DNA from: Malacoraja senta
Lineage: Eukaryota
Direction: 5' to 3'
DNA: 64,000 bases
NCBI GenBank assembly: GCA_038087875.1
Contig: JAXLNO010000648.1
Span: 1-64,000, forward strand
Numbering within the stretch: position 1 is the first letter of the stretch; each line of letters starts with the position of its first letter. The position numbers and the translations under genes were made by a program. This document shows positions 1 to 12,230 of the stretch, in pieces. The notes under the pieces were generated by a model. That model saw only the letters and a list, made by a program, of their open reading frames with translations. It was not told where the DNA came from and did not search any database.

Positions 1-278
1 CCTCATAGTATGAATTATTTTTCCCCCATTCGACATTGAATAGACATATTAGTGCTGAATTAAAATTATTTATTGTAGCTTATTTTAGGCATACAATGTC
101 CAAGTTGTAGTTCCTATGTATTATATAAAATAACGATTTAGACGGTTACGACATTATAGACCAGAGAGAGTGGAAGTTTGTTGGAAAGGTGATAAATTAA
201 GTGATAGTTTCTAATGGGGTATAATAACAGTTTAATGGGATTCCATTTTTAACTGTATGATATGTTTCTTTTGCTCCA

Positions 279-284
279 TTTATT
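279..284 (-). promoter_or_regulatory. Candidate OGN polyadenylation signal (AATAAA); another lies at 69-74
   Basis: tttatt on + strand, about 500 nt downstream of the OGN stop. The region is AT-rich, so chance occurrence is possible. Confidence 0.3.
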
Positions 285-781
285 TAAAATGATATGTACA
301 AAACTGATTCCTTAGATTCTCTTATTTTTTTAAATAAATAGAATCATGTAAGGAAAGTTCACGTTTACAAGTGGTGTGTAGCTATATTATTGTAAAATGG
401 TTACATGCAGAACCATATGTTGAGTTGCATGTGATCTTGACTTAAATGCAGTTCAATAGATTATTGAATTTGAGGAATTAAGTTACATGTTAATATCTGT
501 AACTTGAATCAATTATAAGTAAACAATTAAAAACTTGCAATTGCATTATTTTTGCAGCAAATGATTATGAATTTTCCAATGGCATGAAATAAAACTTGGG
601 TATTAAATTATTTTGATAAAAAGCAGTATGTTGTTAAATATAAGAATGTTGGTATGATGTGAGTATAATATTATAGAGTTCACAGATACATTGCTAAAAC
701 CATGAATTTACTCTGGTATTCTCACATAACCATCTCCCATAACCAAGTAGTTTCTGATTAAGGGTTAAACATTTTTGGGGA

Positions 782-982
782 TTAATGTACTCTCCCAAAA
801 TATGGCCCCCCAAAATATGGCCTCCCAATAGGCAGTCTTGGCAAACAAATGTAACCATTGGGGTATTCTGCCAAATTGATAGGATTTTCTTCAAGCCGTA
901 TCTCAGTCAGTTGGTTTCGAATATAACTGGCATCCATGGGTTTACAAAATGTATTATCCGTAATAGAAGATATATTGTTGTG
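782..982 (-). CDS. OGN: Osteoglycin (mimecan), last coding exon including TAA stop
   Basis: Acceptor tttttcag|CAC. Translates [66 protein letters not shown], the class III SLRP C-terminal ear repeat with two Cys. Phase 0 matches the upstream exon. Confidence 0.93.
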   Translation of the reverse strand, partial: HNNISSITDNTFCKPMDASYIRNQLTEIRLEENPINLAEYPNGYICLPRLPIGRPYFGGPYFGRVH

Positions 983-1929
983 CTGAAAAATAAAAACAAA
1001 TGGTTACAAGAAAAGAAACAATTCTGATTTAAATTAATTTAAAGCTTTTGTGGTCCTTGAAAAATATTGAAATGAAATATTGTTTGATAATTAGTCATTT
1101 GCTTTGAATTTTCTATTTTGTATTGTAAATGGTCATATTTTCTTGTAGATTTTGACCACAGGTACTTGAATATGATTTTGTATAAATCAGAATCTCTTGA
1201 CTTTTAATAACTATAGACACCTCACAGCAAGGTGGGTTACTCATTGCACATCTCTTAGTATTTGGAACAGATACAGGGCTGTGAAAAATGTGGCCAATAG
1301 ATTTCTCTTTTGTTGTGCATCAGTGGTGGTCTATTAATTGATTAAAGAGTCACTGTTCTTTGGGTAAGGCCCCAAACACAGCATTTCCACATTCAGTTTT
1401 GAGCTTTGCAACTACAGTTCTGTTATAATTAGTGGATAATTTCAATTTTAGATAGAAATGCTGACTGCTTATAATTGTTTTCACAAAAGCCCTGTAATTT
1501 CCATTCATGGCAGTGAAGAATGTCTTTTATTTGTCGCTGATTCTAAGAGCCCTTTACAAATCTTGTGACTGTGTGGACACTCTATGGTGCTCATGAAAAT
1601 AAAAATAAAAATCCTGTGAATAAACTTATTATAATTGTGCAATCCATAAGATTAGCTCTATCGTGTAAATAGACCTACAAATACAGTACAATGGTTATTT
1701 ACTAGAGTGATCATTCTTTATATTATACTGATAAATGTTGCCTTTTTTTGCTGGAATATAACCTCTCTGTTCAAATGATTTGTCTGAAATGAAAATTTGT
1801 TTTTTGGAAGCCAACTGGGATCTTGATCGGTTGGCCAGGTAGAGTTGATGAAATTTAATATAGAGAAATGTGAGGTGTTGCATTTTGGAAAATCTAACAT
1901 GTGGTCATGTTGCAGTTATTTAAAACATT

Positions 1930-3122
1930 GTAGTGTACCTGGACTTTCAGAAAGCATTTGATAAGGTCCACATGGGAGATTAGTGGGCAAAATTAGGGCA
2001 CATGGTATTGGGGGTAGGGTGCTGACATGGATAGAGAAGTGGTTGGCAGACAGGAAACAAAGAGTAGGGATTTTACGGGTCCCTTTCAGAATGGCAGGCA
2101 GTGACTAGTGGGGTACCGCAAGTCTCGGTGCTGGGACCGCAGCTATTTTCAATATACATCAATGATTTGGATGAAGGGATTCAAAGTAACATTAGCAAAT
2201 TTGCAGATCACACAAAGCTGGGTGGCAGTGTGAACTGTGAGGAGGATGCTATGAGAATGCAGGGTGACTGGGACAGGTTGGGGGAAGTGGGCAGATGCAT
2301 GGCAGATGAAGTTTAATGCGGATAAATGTGAGGTTATCCACTTTGGTAGCAAAAACAGGAAGGCAGATTACTATCTAAATGGCGTCAAGTTGGGAAAAGG
2401 GGAAGTACAACGGGATCGGGGGTCCTTGTACATCAGTCAATGAAAGTAAGCATGCAAGGTTCAGCAGGCAGTGAAGAAAGCGAATGGGCATGTTGGCCTT
2501 TATAACAAGAGTAAACGAATATAGGAACAAAGAGGTCCTTCTGCAGTTGTACAGAGCCCTAGTGAGACCACACCTGGAGTATTGTGTGCAGTTTTGGTCC
2601 CCTAATTTGAGGAAGGACATTCTTGCTATTGAGGGAGTGCAGCGTAGGTTTACAAGGTTAATTCCTGGGATGTCATATGCTGAGAGAATGGAGCAGCTGG
2701 GCTTGTACACTCTGGAGTTTAGAAGGATGAGAGGGTATCTCATTGAAACATATAAGATTGTACGGGCTTGGACACGCTAGAGGCAGGAAACATGTTCCCG
2801 ATGTTGGGTGAGTCCAGAACTAGGGGCCACAGTTTAAGAATAAGGAGTAAGCCATTTAGAACTGAGCGAGGAAACACTTTTTCTCACAGAGAGTGGTGAG
2901 TCTGTGGAATTCTCTCCCTCAGAGGGCGGTGGAGGCGGGTTCTCTGGATGCTTTCAAGGGAGAGCTAGATAGGGCTCTTAAAAATAGCTGGAGTCGGGGG
3001 ATGTGGGGAGAAGGCAGGAACGGGTACTGATTGGGGATGATCAGCCATGATCACATTGAATGGCGGTGCTGGCTCGAAGGGCCGAATGGCCTACTCCTGC
3101 ACCTATTGTTTATTGTCTATTG
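1930..3122 (+). mobile_element. CR1-clade LINE (HER1-like), 5'-truncated, nested in an older CR1
   Basis: RT motifs YLDFQKAFDKV, GVPQxSVLGP, KFADxTK and RPHLEYCVQFWSP. 3' UTR ends ggccgaatggcctactcctgcacc followed by (tattg)-like repeats. Confidence 0.9.
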
Positions 3123-3672
3123 GGGAAGCCACATTGGAGTATTGTGTTCAATTCTGGGCACCATGTTACAGGAAAGATGTTGCCAATTTGGAAAGGGTAC
3201 AGAGAGGATTTACAAGGATGTTGCCAGGGACTTGACGGTCTGAACTACAGGGAGTGTTTGAGCAGGCTGCTACTCTATTCCTTGGAGCGCAGGAGGATGT
3301 AGGGGATCTTATAGAAATGTGTAAAATTATGAGAGGAATAGGGTGGGTGGACGCACAGTCTCGTGCCCAGAGTAAGGGAAATCGAGATCCAGAGGACATA
3401 GGTTTTAAGGTGAAGGGGGAAAGATTTTAATAGGAATCTTAGGGGTAACTTTTTCACAGAGAGGGTGGTGGGTGTATGGACGTGCTGCCAGAGGAGGTAG
3501 TTGAATCAGGGATTATTGCAACGTTTAAGAAACAATTAAACAGGTACATGGTTTGGACAGATTTGGAGAGAATATGGGCCAAATGCAGGTATGTGGGACT
3601 AGTGTAGGTGGGACATGCTGGTTGTTGTTGGCATGTTGGGCCGAGGGGCCTGTTTCCATGTTGTATGACTCT
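3123..3672 (+). mobile_element. Older CR1 LINE 3' fragment (continues from about 1835-1929)
   Basis: HLEYCVQFWAP...LERVQRGFTRMLPG, with a ggcctgtttccatgttgtatgactct tail. Confidence 0.85.
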
Positions 3673-3817
3673 TAATTGTTTTGGGGGAATGTATACAAGC
3701 TTGTTGGAATATTAATATTCTCCTGTTTGTATTTCTTTCTGTTCTTTTATATTTACATAATGTAAAGAAATATTCTCAGGCACTACTTCAATTTCAACAT
3801 AATGTTATACAAATGAC

Positions 3818-3913
3818 CTGTAAGTGAAGTATATGAAGGCTCTGTGGCAAATTAGCAGGTACTTTGTCCAGTCGATTGTATCCCAGATAAAGATTCCGCA
3901 GTTTTGACAAGTT
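3818..3913 (-). CDS. OGN: Osteoglycin coding exon 5 (96 nt)
   Basis: tttttgcag|AAC...CAG|gtcatt. Encodes the LRR NLSKLRNLYLGYNRLDKVPANLPQSLHILHLQ, phase 0/0. Confidence 0.92.
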
Positions 3914-4582
3914 CTGCAAAAAGAAAGAAAGTCAGTGTTGTCAGATTTATTTCTATAAAATTGAAAATTGTGAAATGAATTATTTGTGTAAATGAATAAT
4001 AAATTGCATAATCTTAAACTGTACAGGTTGGTTCCTGAAATACCAGTACTGATGTGTGAAGAATGATTGAGAAATTATGCATATGCGTAAGAATTTAGAA
4101 GAATAAGATGGGCCCTGTTTGAAACACTTCAGATCCTGATGCGACTGGACAGATTAGATGCAAGAAAGATAATCCTGAATAGAGATTACAATATAAAAAG
4201 GTAGGGTTGGCCATTTTGGATTGAGAGGAAGAGAAATTTCTTCACCGAAGAGTGACAAATATGTGGAATTATGTACCAGAGGAATTGCGCACCCAACATT
4301 ATGCTTTTCAAACCAAATCATTAAATAAATACGAGGAAGAGTTAAAAATAATATTAGTGCTAAATAGATCAAGGAATATGGGACAAAAGGAAGAACAGGG
4401 TACTTTATTTGAATGACACGTTATGATGGTATTGAATGGTGTAGCTAGCGCGAAGAGCTAAGTGGCATGTTCTTGATCTAAATTACTATTTTTCATTTTC
4501 CAAATGATATTTAAAATTCCATTTCTATTGATTTTATAGATTTAAATTAAATGTGAGTTCATTTATAGACATAAACTTAGAC

Positions 4583-6317
4583 TATAGACAATAGGTGCAG
4601 GAGTATGCTATTCGGCCCTTCGAGCCACTGTGATCATGGCTGATCATCCACAATCAGTATCCCGTTCCTGCCTTCTCCCCATATCCCTTCACTCCACTAT
4701 CTGTAAGAGCTCTATCTATCTCTTGAAAGCATACAGAGAATCGGCCTCCACTGCCTTCTGAGGTAGAGAATTCCACAGATTCACAACTATCTCGGTGAAA
4801 AAGTTTTCCCTCATCTCCGTTCTAAATAGCCGACCCCTTATTCTTAAACTGTGTCCCCTGGTTCTGGTCTCCGCCAACATCGGGAACATGTTTCCTGCCT
4901 CGAGCGTGTCCAAACCCTTAATAATCTTATATGTTTCAATAAGATGCCCTCTCATCCTTCTTAATTCCAGTGTATACAAGCCCAGTCGCTCCATTCTTTC
5001 AACATATGAAAGTCCCGCCATCCCGGGAATTAACCTCGTGAACCTATGCTGCACTCCCTCAATAGCAAGAATGTCCTTCCTCAAATTTGGAGACCAAAAC
5101 TGCACAGAATACTCCAGGTGTGGTCTCACTAAGGCCCAGTAAAACTGTAGAAGGACCTCTTTGCTCCTATACTCAACTCCTCTTGTTATGAAGGCCAACA
5201 TGACATTAGCTTTCTTCACTGCCTGCTGTACCGGCATGCTTACTTTCAGTGACTGATGAACAAGGACACCCAGATCATGTTATACTTCCCCTTTTCCTAA
5301 CATGACACCGTTCAGATAATAATTTGCCTTCCTGTTCTTGCATCCAATGTGGATAACCTCACATTTATCCACATTAAACTGTATCTGCCATGCATCTGCC
5401 CACTCACCCAACCTGTCCAAGTCACCCTGCATCCTCAGAGCATCCTCCTCACAGTTCACACTGCCTCCCAGCTTTGTGTCATCTGCAAATTTGCTAATGT
5501 TACTCTTAATGCCTTCATCTAAATCATTAATGCACATTGTAAATAGCTGCGGTCCCAGCACCGAGCCTTGCAGTACCCCACTAGTCATTGCCTGCCATTC
5601 TGAAAGGGACCTGTTAATCCCTACTCTGTCTCCTGTCTGCCAACCAATTTTCTATCCATGTCAGTACCTTACCCCCAATACCATATGCTCTAATTTTGCC
5701 CACTAATCTCCTATGTGGGACCTTATCAAAGGCTTTCTGAAAGTCCAGGTTCACTACATCCACTGGCTCTCCCTTGTCCTAGTTACATGCTCAAAAAATT
5801 CCAGATGATTAGTCAAGTATGATTTCCCCTTCGTAAATCCATGCTGACTCGGACCGATCCTGTTACTGCTATCCAAATGTGCCGCTATTTCATCTTTTAT
5901 AATTGACTCCAGCATCTTCCCCACCACTGATGTGTGGGGTAACTGGTCTATAATTCCCTGTTTCCCTCTCCCTCCTTTCTTCAAAAGTGGGATAACATTA
6001 GCTCCCCTCCAATCCACAGGAACTGATCCTAAATCTATAGAACATTGGAAAATGATCACCAATGCGTCCACGATTTCTAGAGCCACTTCCTTAAGTACCC
6101 TGGGATGCAGACCATCAGGCCCAGGGGATTTATCAGCCTTCAGTCCCATCAGTCTATCCAACACCATTTCCTGCCTAATGTGAATTTCCTTCACTTCCTC
6201 CGTCACCCGAGGTCCTGTGGCCACTAGTACATCTGGGAGATTGTTTGTGTCTTCCTTAGTACCTGTTCAACTCGTCTGCCATTTCCTTGTTCCCCATAAT
6301 AAATGTACCTGTTTCTG
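4583..6317 (-). mobile_element. CR1-clade LINE, 5'-truncated, frameshifted ORF2
   Basis: ORFs 5754-6224, 5280-5588 and 4716-5237 give KSPGPDGLHPRVLKE, GSVLGPQLF, KFADDTK and PHLEY. Confidence 0.92.
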
Positions 6318-6339
6318 TCGTCTGTGGACAAAACATAAA

Positions 6340-6955
6340 GTGTATGTTTTGTGCACTTTACATTCCGTTAGCCTTTAACAAGGTTCCACATGAGGAATCT
6401 AATCCAAAGGTTTAGTGCTCCTGGGATCTAAAGAAGGTTGGCAAATTAAATTTAAAATTGGCTTAGTAATGAATGAGGCAGAAGGTCTCTGTGGAGGGTT
6501 GTTTTTGTGGTGACCACAGAAAATAATGCTAGGAAAATCAAAGTGTGGTATGTACACTAATTCTTTGACTATGAATGCAGTAAATAGGATTAGTAAAGTT
6601 TGAGATGGCACAAACATTTGTAGTATTGTTTTAAATGATGCTGACAGTCACAGATTGTAGGATTATAGTGATTTAAAATGGGAAGAGAGTAATGGTAGAT
6701 ACAATTTAATCCTGATATGAGATGCTGCATTCTGGAATGAGTAAAAAGCTTAGTATGTGCATCATGAATGGAGACCTCTCAGCAATATTAATAAATGGAG
6801 AGGCCCTGGTGAACATGTTTAATGAATGCTGAAGTTGGAAGAAGGTAGATAAGGTGGTGAAGGAGGCATCTGGGATGCTTGCCATTATTAGTCATGGTAT
6901 AGAAAACAAGAACATGGAGATCATGATCCCATTTTATTTAAAATTGGTTAGGCCT
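6340..6955 (+). mobile_element. Degenerate CR1 LINE fragment
   Basis: Decayed AFNKVPH, VKEASGMLAII and KLVRP motifs. Confidence 0.6.
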
Positions 6956-7151
6956 TTTGTCATGATTACAGGACTAGGGTTTACTGAGGAAGAATATACA
7001 AGGCCCAGTCTTGCTCTAAAGAATATTTTAGTTATGCACCTCCATGATATTTCATCAACTTTCTGTCAAGTCGAGTTAATTGTCATATGTAAAAGTACGG
7101 TGCAGTACAGGTACAATGAAAATCTCGCTTGGAGCAACATCATGGGATGTA

Positions 7152-8759
7152 CAGTGGCTTGCAAAAGTTTTCATACCCCTTGAACTTTTCCACATTTTGT
7201 CACGTTACAACCACAAACGTAAATGCATTTTATTGGGATTTTATGTGATAGACCAACACAAAGTGGTGCATAATTGTGAAGTGGAAGGAAAATGATACAT
7301 GGTTTTCAAATTTGTTTACAAATAAAAAACTGAAAAGTGTCGCGTGCAAAAGTATTCAGCCCCCCTGAGTCAATACTTTGTAGAACCACCTTTCGCTGCA
7401 ATTACAGCTGCAAGTCTTTTGGGGTATGTCTCTACCAGCATTGCACATCTAAAGACTGACATTTTTGCCCATTCTTCTTTGCAAAATAGCTCAAGCTCAG
7501 TCAGATTGGATGGAGAGCGTCTGTGAACAGCAATTTTCAAGTCTTGCCAGAGATTCTCAATTGGATTTAGGTCTGGACTTTGACTGGGCCATTCTAACAC
7601 ATGAATATGCTTTGATCTAAACCATTCCATTGTAGCTCTGGCTGTATGTTTAGGGTCGTTGTACTGCTGGAAGGTGAACCTCCGCCCCAGTCTCAAGTCT
7701 TTTGCAGACTCTAACAGGTTTTCATCCAAGTATTTGGCTCCATCCATCTTCCCATCAACTCTGACCAGCTTCCCTGTCCCTGCTGAAGAAAAGCATCTCC
7801 ACAGCATGATGCTGCCACCACCATGTTTCACAGTGGGGATGGTGTGTTCTGGGTGGTGTGCAGTGTTAGGTTTCCGCCACACATAGCGTTTTGCATTTAG
7901 GCCAAAAACTTCAATTTTGGTCTCATCTGACCAGACCACCTTCCTCCACATGTTGGCTGTGTCCCCCACATGGCTTGTGGCAAACTGCAAACGGGACTTC
8001 TTATGGCTTTTTTTCAACAATGGCTTTCTTCTTGCCACTCTTCCATAAAGGCCCGATTTGTGGAGTGCACGACTAATAGTTGTCCTGTGGACAGATTCTC
8101 CCACCTGAGCTGTGGATCTCTGCAGCTCCTCCAGAGTTACCATGGGCCTCTTGGCTGATTCTCTGATCAATGCTCTCCTTGCCCGGCCTGTCAGTTTAGG
8201 TGGACGGCCATGTCTTGGTAGGTTTGCAGTTGTGCCATACTCTTTCCATTTTCGGATGATGGATTGAACAGTGCTCCGTGAGATGTTCAAAGCTTGGGAT
8301 ATTTTTTTATAACCTAACCCTGCTTTAAACTTCTCCACAACTTTATCCCTGACCTGTCTGGTGTGTTCCTTGGGCTTCATGATGCTGTTTGTTCACTAAT
8401 GTTCTCTAACAAACCTCTGAGGCCTTCACAGAACAGCTGTATTTATACTGAGATTAGATTACACACAAATGGACTCTATTTACTAATTAGGTGACTTCTG
8501 AAGGCAATTGGTTGCACTGGATTTTATTTAGGGGTATCAGAGTAAAGGGGGCTGAATACGTTTGCACGTGACACTTTTCAATTTTTTATTTGTAAAAAAA
8601 TCTGAAAACCATGTATCATTTTCCTTCTACTTCACAATTATGCGCCACTTTGTGTTGGTTTATCACATAAAATCCCAATAAAATACATTTACGTGTGTGT
8701 TTGTAACGTGACAAAATGTGGAAAAGTTCAAGGGGTATGAATACTTTTGCAAGCCACTG
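7152..8759 (-). mobile_element. Full-length Tc1/mariner IR-DR transposon, Passport-like
   Basis: TA|CAGTGGCTTGCAAAAG ... CTTTTGCAAGCCACTG|TA. About 210-bp inverted repeats with inner direct repeats (caaaagtattcagccccc near 7347; mirrored near 8547-8565). TA target duplication. Confidence 0.95.
7370..8380 (-). CDS. Tc1 DD34E transposase, 336 aa, open but probably inactive
   Basis: GRPPK linker, WSDETK, FQQ(Y)NDPKH and SPDLNPIE, with 34 residues between the second and third catalytic positions. The second Asp is replaced by Tyr. Confidence 0.88.
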   Translation of the reverse strand: MKPKEHTRQVRDKVVEKFKAGLGYKKISQALNISRSTVQSIIRKWKEYGTTANLPRHGRPPKLTGRARRALIRESAKRPMVTLEELQRSTAQVGESVHRTTISRALHKSGLYGRVARRKPLLKKSHKKSRLQFATSHVGDTANMWRKVVWSDETKIEVFGLNAKRYVWRKPNTAHHPEHTIPTVKHGGGSIMLWRCFSSAGTGKLVRVDGKMDGAKYLDENLLESAKDLRLGRRFTFQQYNDPKHTARATMEWFRSKHIHVLEWPSQSPDLNPIENLWQDLKIAVHRRSPSNLTELELFCKEEWAKMSVFRCAMLVETYPKRLAAVIAAKGGSTKY

Positions 8760-8761
8760 TA

Positions 8762-9950
8762 TATACAGGCAACACACAAAAACATAAATTCTAACAGAGA
8801 GTGTAAAATAAAAAACACATTTAGAAAACAAGTTATGATACGATAAAACTTTATTTATCCCAGGAGGGAAATGTAATAGTAATGTAAGAGATGGGCCATA
8901 TTATTCCATGGCTGAGATGGGATTAGGGTTCTGCAGATCATTCAAGAACCCGAGAGCTGTAGGAAAATTGCTGTCCTTGAACCTGATAGTGTGGGATATC
9001 GTGCTTCTAGCTAACAGTACCATGTGAAAATGGCATAGCAAGGATGGTGGGGATCCTTTATGATAGATGCCACCTTCTTGAGCTTCATATAGATGCTTTC
9101 GATGGTGGGGACAGCTGTACCAGTGATGGACCAGGCTAAGGCCCCCGCTCTCTGCAGCCTCTTGCATAGAAATTTCAATTTCAGGCCATGATGCAAGCAG
9201 TCAGGATTTTTTCCACATTGCAACTGCAAAGGTTTGTTTGAGTATTTGGTAAAGTATTGAATTTCTTTAAACTTCACAAAAATTAGAAGTGCTAATACGC
9301 CTTCTTCATGATGACAAATGGCTGAGGGTACGTCACCCACAATATTAACTCCCAGGAATTTGAAGCTGCTAATTCTTTCCACAAGCAACCCACCAATTAA
9401 AACTTGCACATAACATCCTGACTTCTCCTTTCTGAAGTTAACGATTAGTTCCTTGGTCTTGTTGACATGGAGCAAGAGGTTGGTGTTGCAGCACTGCTCA
9501 ACCATGTGTTCTATCTCTCTCTTGTATACTGACTCATCACCGCCCGTTGTTTGGCCAACGTTGGTGTCGCTGGAAAATTTCTACAAGGCTTTGAAGCTGT
9601 GCTTAGCTGCACAGTCATCTGTGTAAAGAAAATAGGGGGCTAAGCAAGCAGCTTTGAGGTGGACCTGTGTTGGTCACCAAGGAGGAGAAGTTATTAATGC
9701 AATGTACTGATGAGGAAGTTAAGGTTCCAGTTACAGAGGAAGGGACTGAGGCCCAGATCTCAGAGCTTGGAGATTAGTTTGGAGGGGATGATATTGTTGG
9801 ACGCCAATGATATTCAGATGGTCTAGAGCAGAGAGGAGAAAAAGTGAGATAGCATCTGCTGTTGACCTGAGAAATTGGAGCGGCACCAAGTAATTTCTGA
9901 GGCAAGTGTTGATTTGTACTATAACCAACCTCTCAAAGCACTTCTTTACA
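8762..9950 (-). mobile_element. Degenerate Rex1/Babar-like non-LTR retrotransposon; the 3' tail at about 7067-7149 is split off by the Tc1
   Basis: ORF 9011-9505 has NLLLHVNKTKELIVNFRK, SSFKFLGVNI and IIKDPHHP, typical of Rex/Babar RT C-termini. A similar tail sequence recurs at about 53483-53546. Confidence 0.7.
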
Positions 9951-9964
9951 GTGGATGCAAGTTC

Positions 9965-11102
9965 AATGGACTAGGTACACTACCTTCCACCCTGCTTCTT
10001 GCAAATATGCTATTTCCTACTCTCAATTCCTCCAACTCCACTGCATCTGCTCCCAAGATGAGGCTTTCCATTCCAGATCATCAGAGATGTCCTCTTTCTT
10101 TGGTAAACAAGGTGTTCCCCCTTCTGTCGCAGATGGATCCCTCTCCCACATCTCCTCTCTGTCCTATAGTTCTGCTCTTCTCCCCTTTCCCCCAGATGGA
10201 GTGAGGATAGAGCACCCCTGGTCCTCCAGTCTCCGCATCCAACATCTTCCCATCTCCACCACTTTCCACCTTTCGTGAAGACCGCAACTCATCGCGGACC
10301 TCTCTGCAACTCATCAGTCCACTCACCCCTTCCCACCCAAACCACCCCTTCTATAAATACTTTCTCCTGCAACTGCAGGAGACAACTCCAGGTTCACATG
10401 CACCTCCTCTAAACTCCTCTACAACATCCAGTGTTTCCGATGTGCTCTCCAGTATATCAGCGAGACCAAGTGTAGACTCAGTCGAATACTTGCCGTTGGT
10501 CCACCAAGACCTATTGAATCTCCCGGTTGCTAACCATTTTAACTCCACTTTCCATTGCCATACTAACCTTTCTATATTGAGCTTCCTCCTTTGCCAGAGC
10601 GAGGCCAAACGCAAACTGGAGGAACAGCATCTCATATTCCATTTGGGAAGCTTACAATCCAACGGTTGAACATTGAATTCTCCAATTTTAGGTTATCTCT
10701 CACAACCCTCCCCCCCCCCCCCCCCCTTCTCTCCCCTGCCTTCATCCCCTGTGCCCCACCTGGTCTCATGCTTATTTCTTTCCTCCTTCTCCTCTTATAC
10801 TCCTTCCTCTAACTTCCCAGTTTGCAACTCCTCAATCCTATCTCACATTTTCTATTTTATTTTATCTGGTCTTTGTTCCAACCATCCGCCCATGAACCCC
10901 CCCCCCCCCCCCCGTACTTGTGTCCACCTATTACCTTGCCACGCTTTGTCCTGTTTTGCCTCTCTCCCAGCTTCACCCTCCCATCCACCACAATCAGTCT
11001 GAAGATGGGTCACCTATCCATGTTCTCCAGAGATGGAGCTTGACCCTCTGAGTCATTCAAGAACTTTGTGTCCTTTTGTGTAAACCAGCATCTGCAGTTT
11101 CT
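9965..11102 (+). mobile_element. Degenerate Penelope-like element (GIY-YIG endonuclease region plus 3' terminal repeat)
   Basis: Decayed CTSSxLxYxIxCxRCxLxYIxETK, VANHFNS and RKLEEQHLIFHLGSLQ. Terminus taaaccagcatctgcagtt is shared with other copies. Confidence 0.8.
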
Positions 11103-11844
11103 ACTATTAACGAAAGCCATTGTTGACATTTTTTTTTTGTCTGGTCTTGATGTGAAGGTTGATGCAGAACCTACAGTTTTTAATCTGGATGCTGAAGACC
11201 ATGAGAGTTCTGCAGGGTTGGGGGCTTCTTCGAAATTTAAAAAATAAGCCTTGATAGTGTCAGCGTCTGTGAAGTCAGTTCCAATTTTTTTTTTTCTTTT
11301 AAAAACACAGACTCATTGAAGGTTGTTACTGTGACATTTCCCCTCTCTTAATTTCTTCCTAATTTATCTGGTTAAAAAGATCAGTACCTTTTAAATTGTG
11401 GATAATGATGCTATTAGGTTGTATCTTTTGGGATCATTTTGTGACTTTACTGTTTTAGGAGTTGCAATAACTTGACAGTGTTGCTACACTTAATGGTTTG
11501 GAAGTGTGGAAATGGCATGTGTTACCATGCAACAGTCTGTAAATCCCAAATAGGAATTGGTCAAAGATTTACAGGAAGAAAAGACAGTGCTGGTGAATAT
11601 TTGGAGTGGATAGATATGAATAGAACAAGGCCAGTGCGCTTCCATCAATTTGGATCATGATGGAGTGACGTAGGAAAAGTTCAGCCAGAAGGTACAAATA
11701 AATTAAACTGGAGAATCAAGGATATCTTAGTAAAGGTCACTTAGTATTTTGTAGGTGATTTTGAACTGTACTGTTCAATACTGCGGCAAAGATGGAGCCA
11801 TGCCAAGATGCTCAAAGACAGTCAACTGGCTTGTTTCAAACGAC

Positions 11845-12076
11845 AGGTGTAGGAAGGAATTACAGATGCTGTTTTACACCGAAGATAGACACAAAATGTT
11901 GGATTAACATCTATCTGCTTTGATCTGCTGTTTTTCACACCCTACCCCTCCATATCTCTAGTGTCCCACCCCTGACTCTGCAGTCTGAAGAAGGGTCTCG
12001 ACCTGTAACATCACCCATTTCTTTACTCCAGAGATGCTGCCTGTCCCGCTGAGTTAATCCAGCAATTTGTGTCTTT
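11845..12076. mobile_element. Penelope-like terminal repeat fragments in inverted arrangement
   Basis: A minus-oriented end (cagatgctg...gacacaaaatg) is followed by a plus-oriented end (ctgaagaagggtctcgacc...gatgctgcctgtcccgctgag). Confidence 0.7.
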
Positions 12077-12230
12077 CTTTCGTTTCAAATGACAATTGGA
12101 CATGAAAATATGGACTTGGACAGACTGTTTGTCCATGCTTATCAGCTAGATAAGAGCAAAAAAGTTCTAAAACATGGAACCCCAAAGGGAATTTAAAATG
12201 ATATTCAAAAGTATATCCTTAAAAGATTAC

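Noticed and set aside
694..1027. ORFs 694-894 (-) and 785-1027 (+)
   Set aside because: Alternative-frame and antisense shadows of the last OGN exon.
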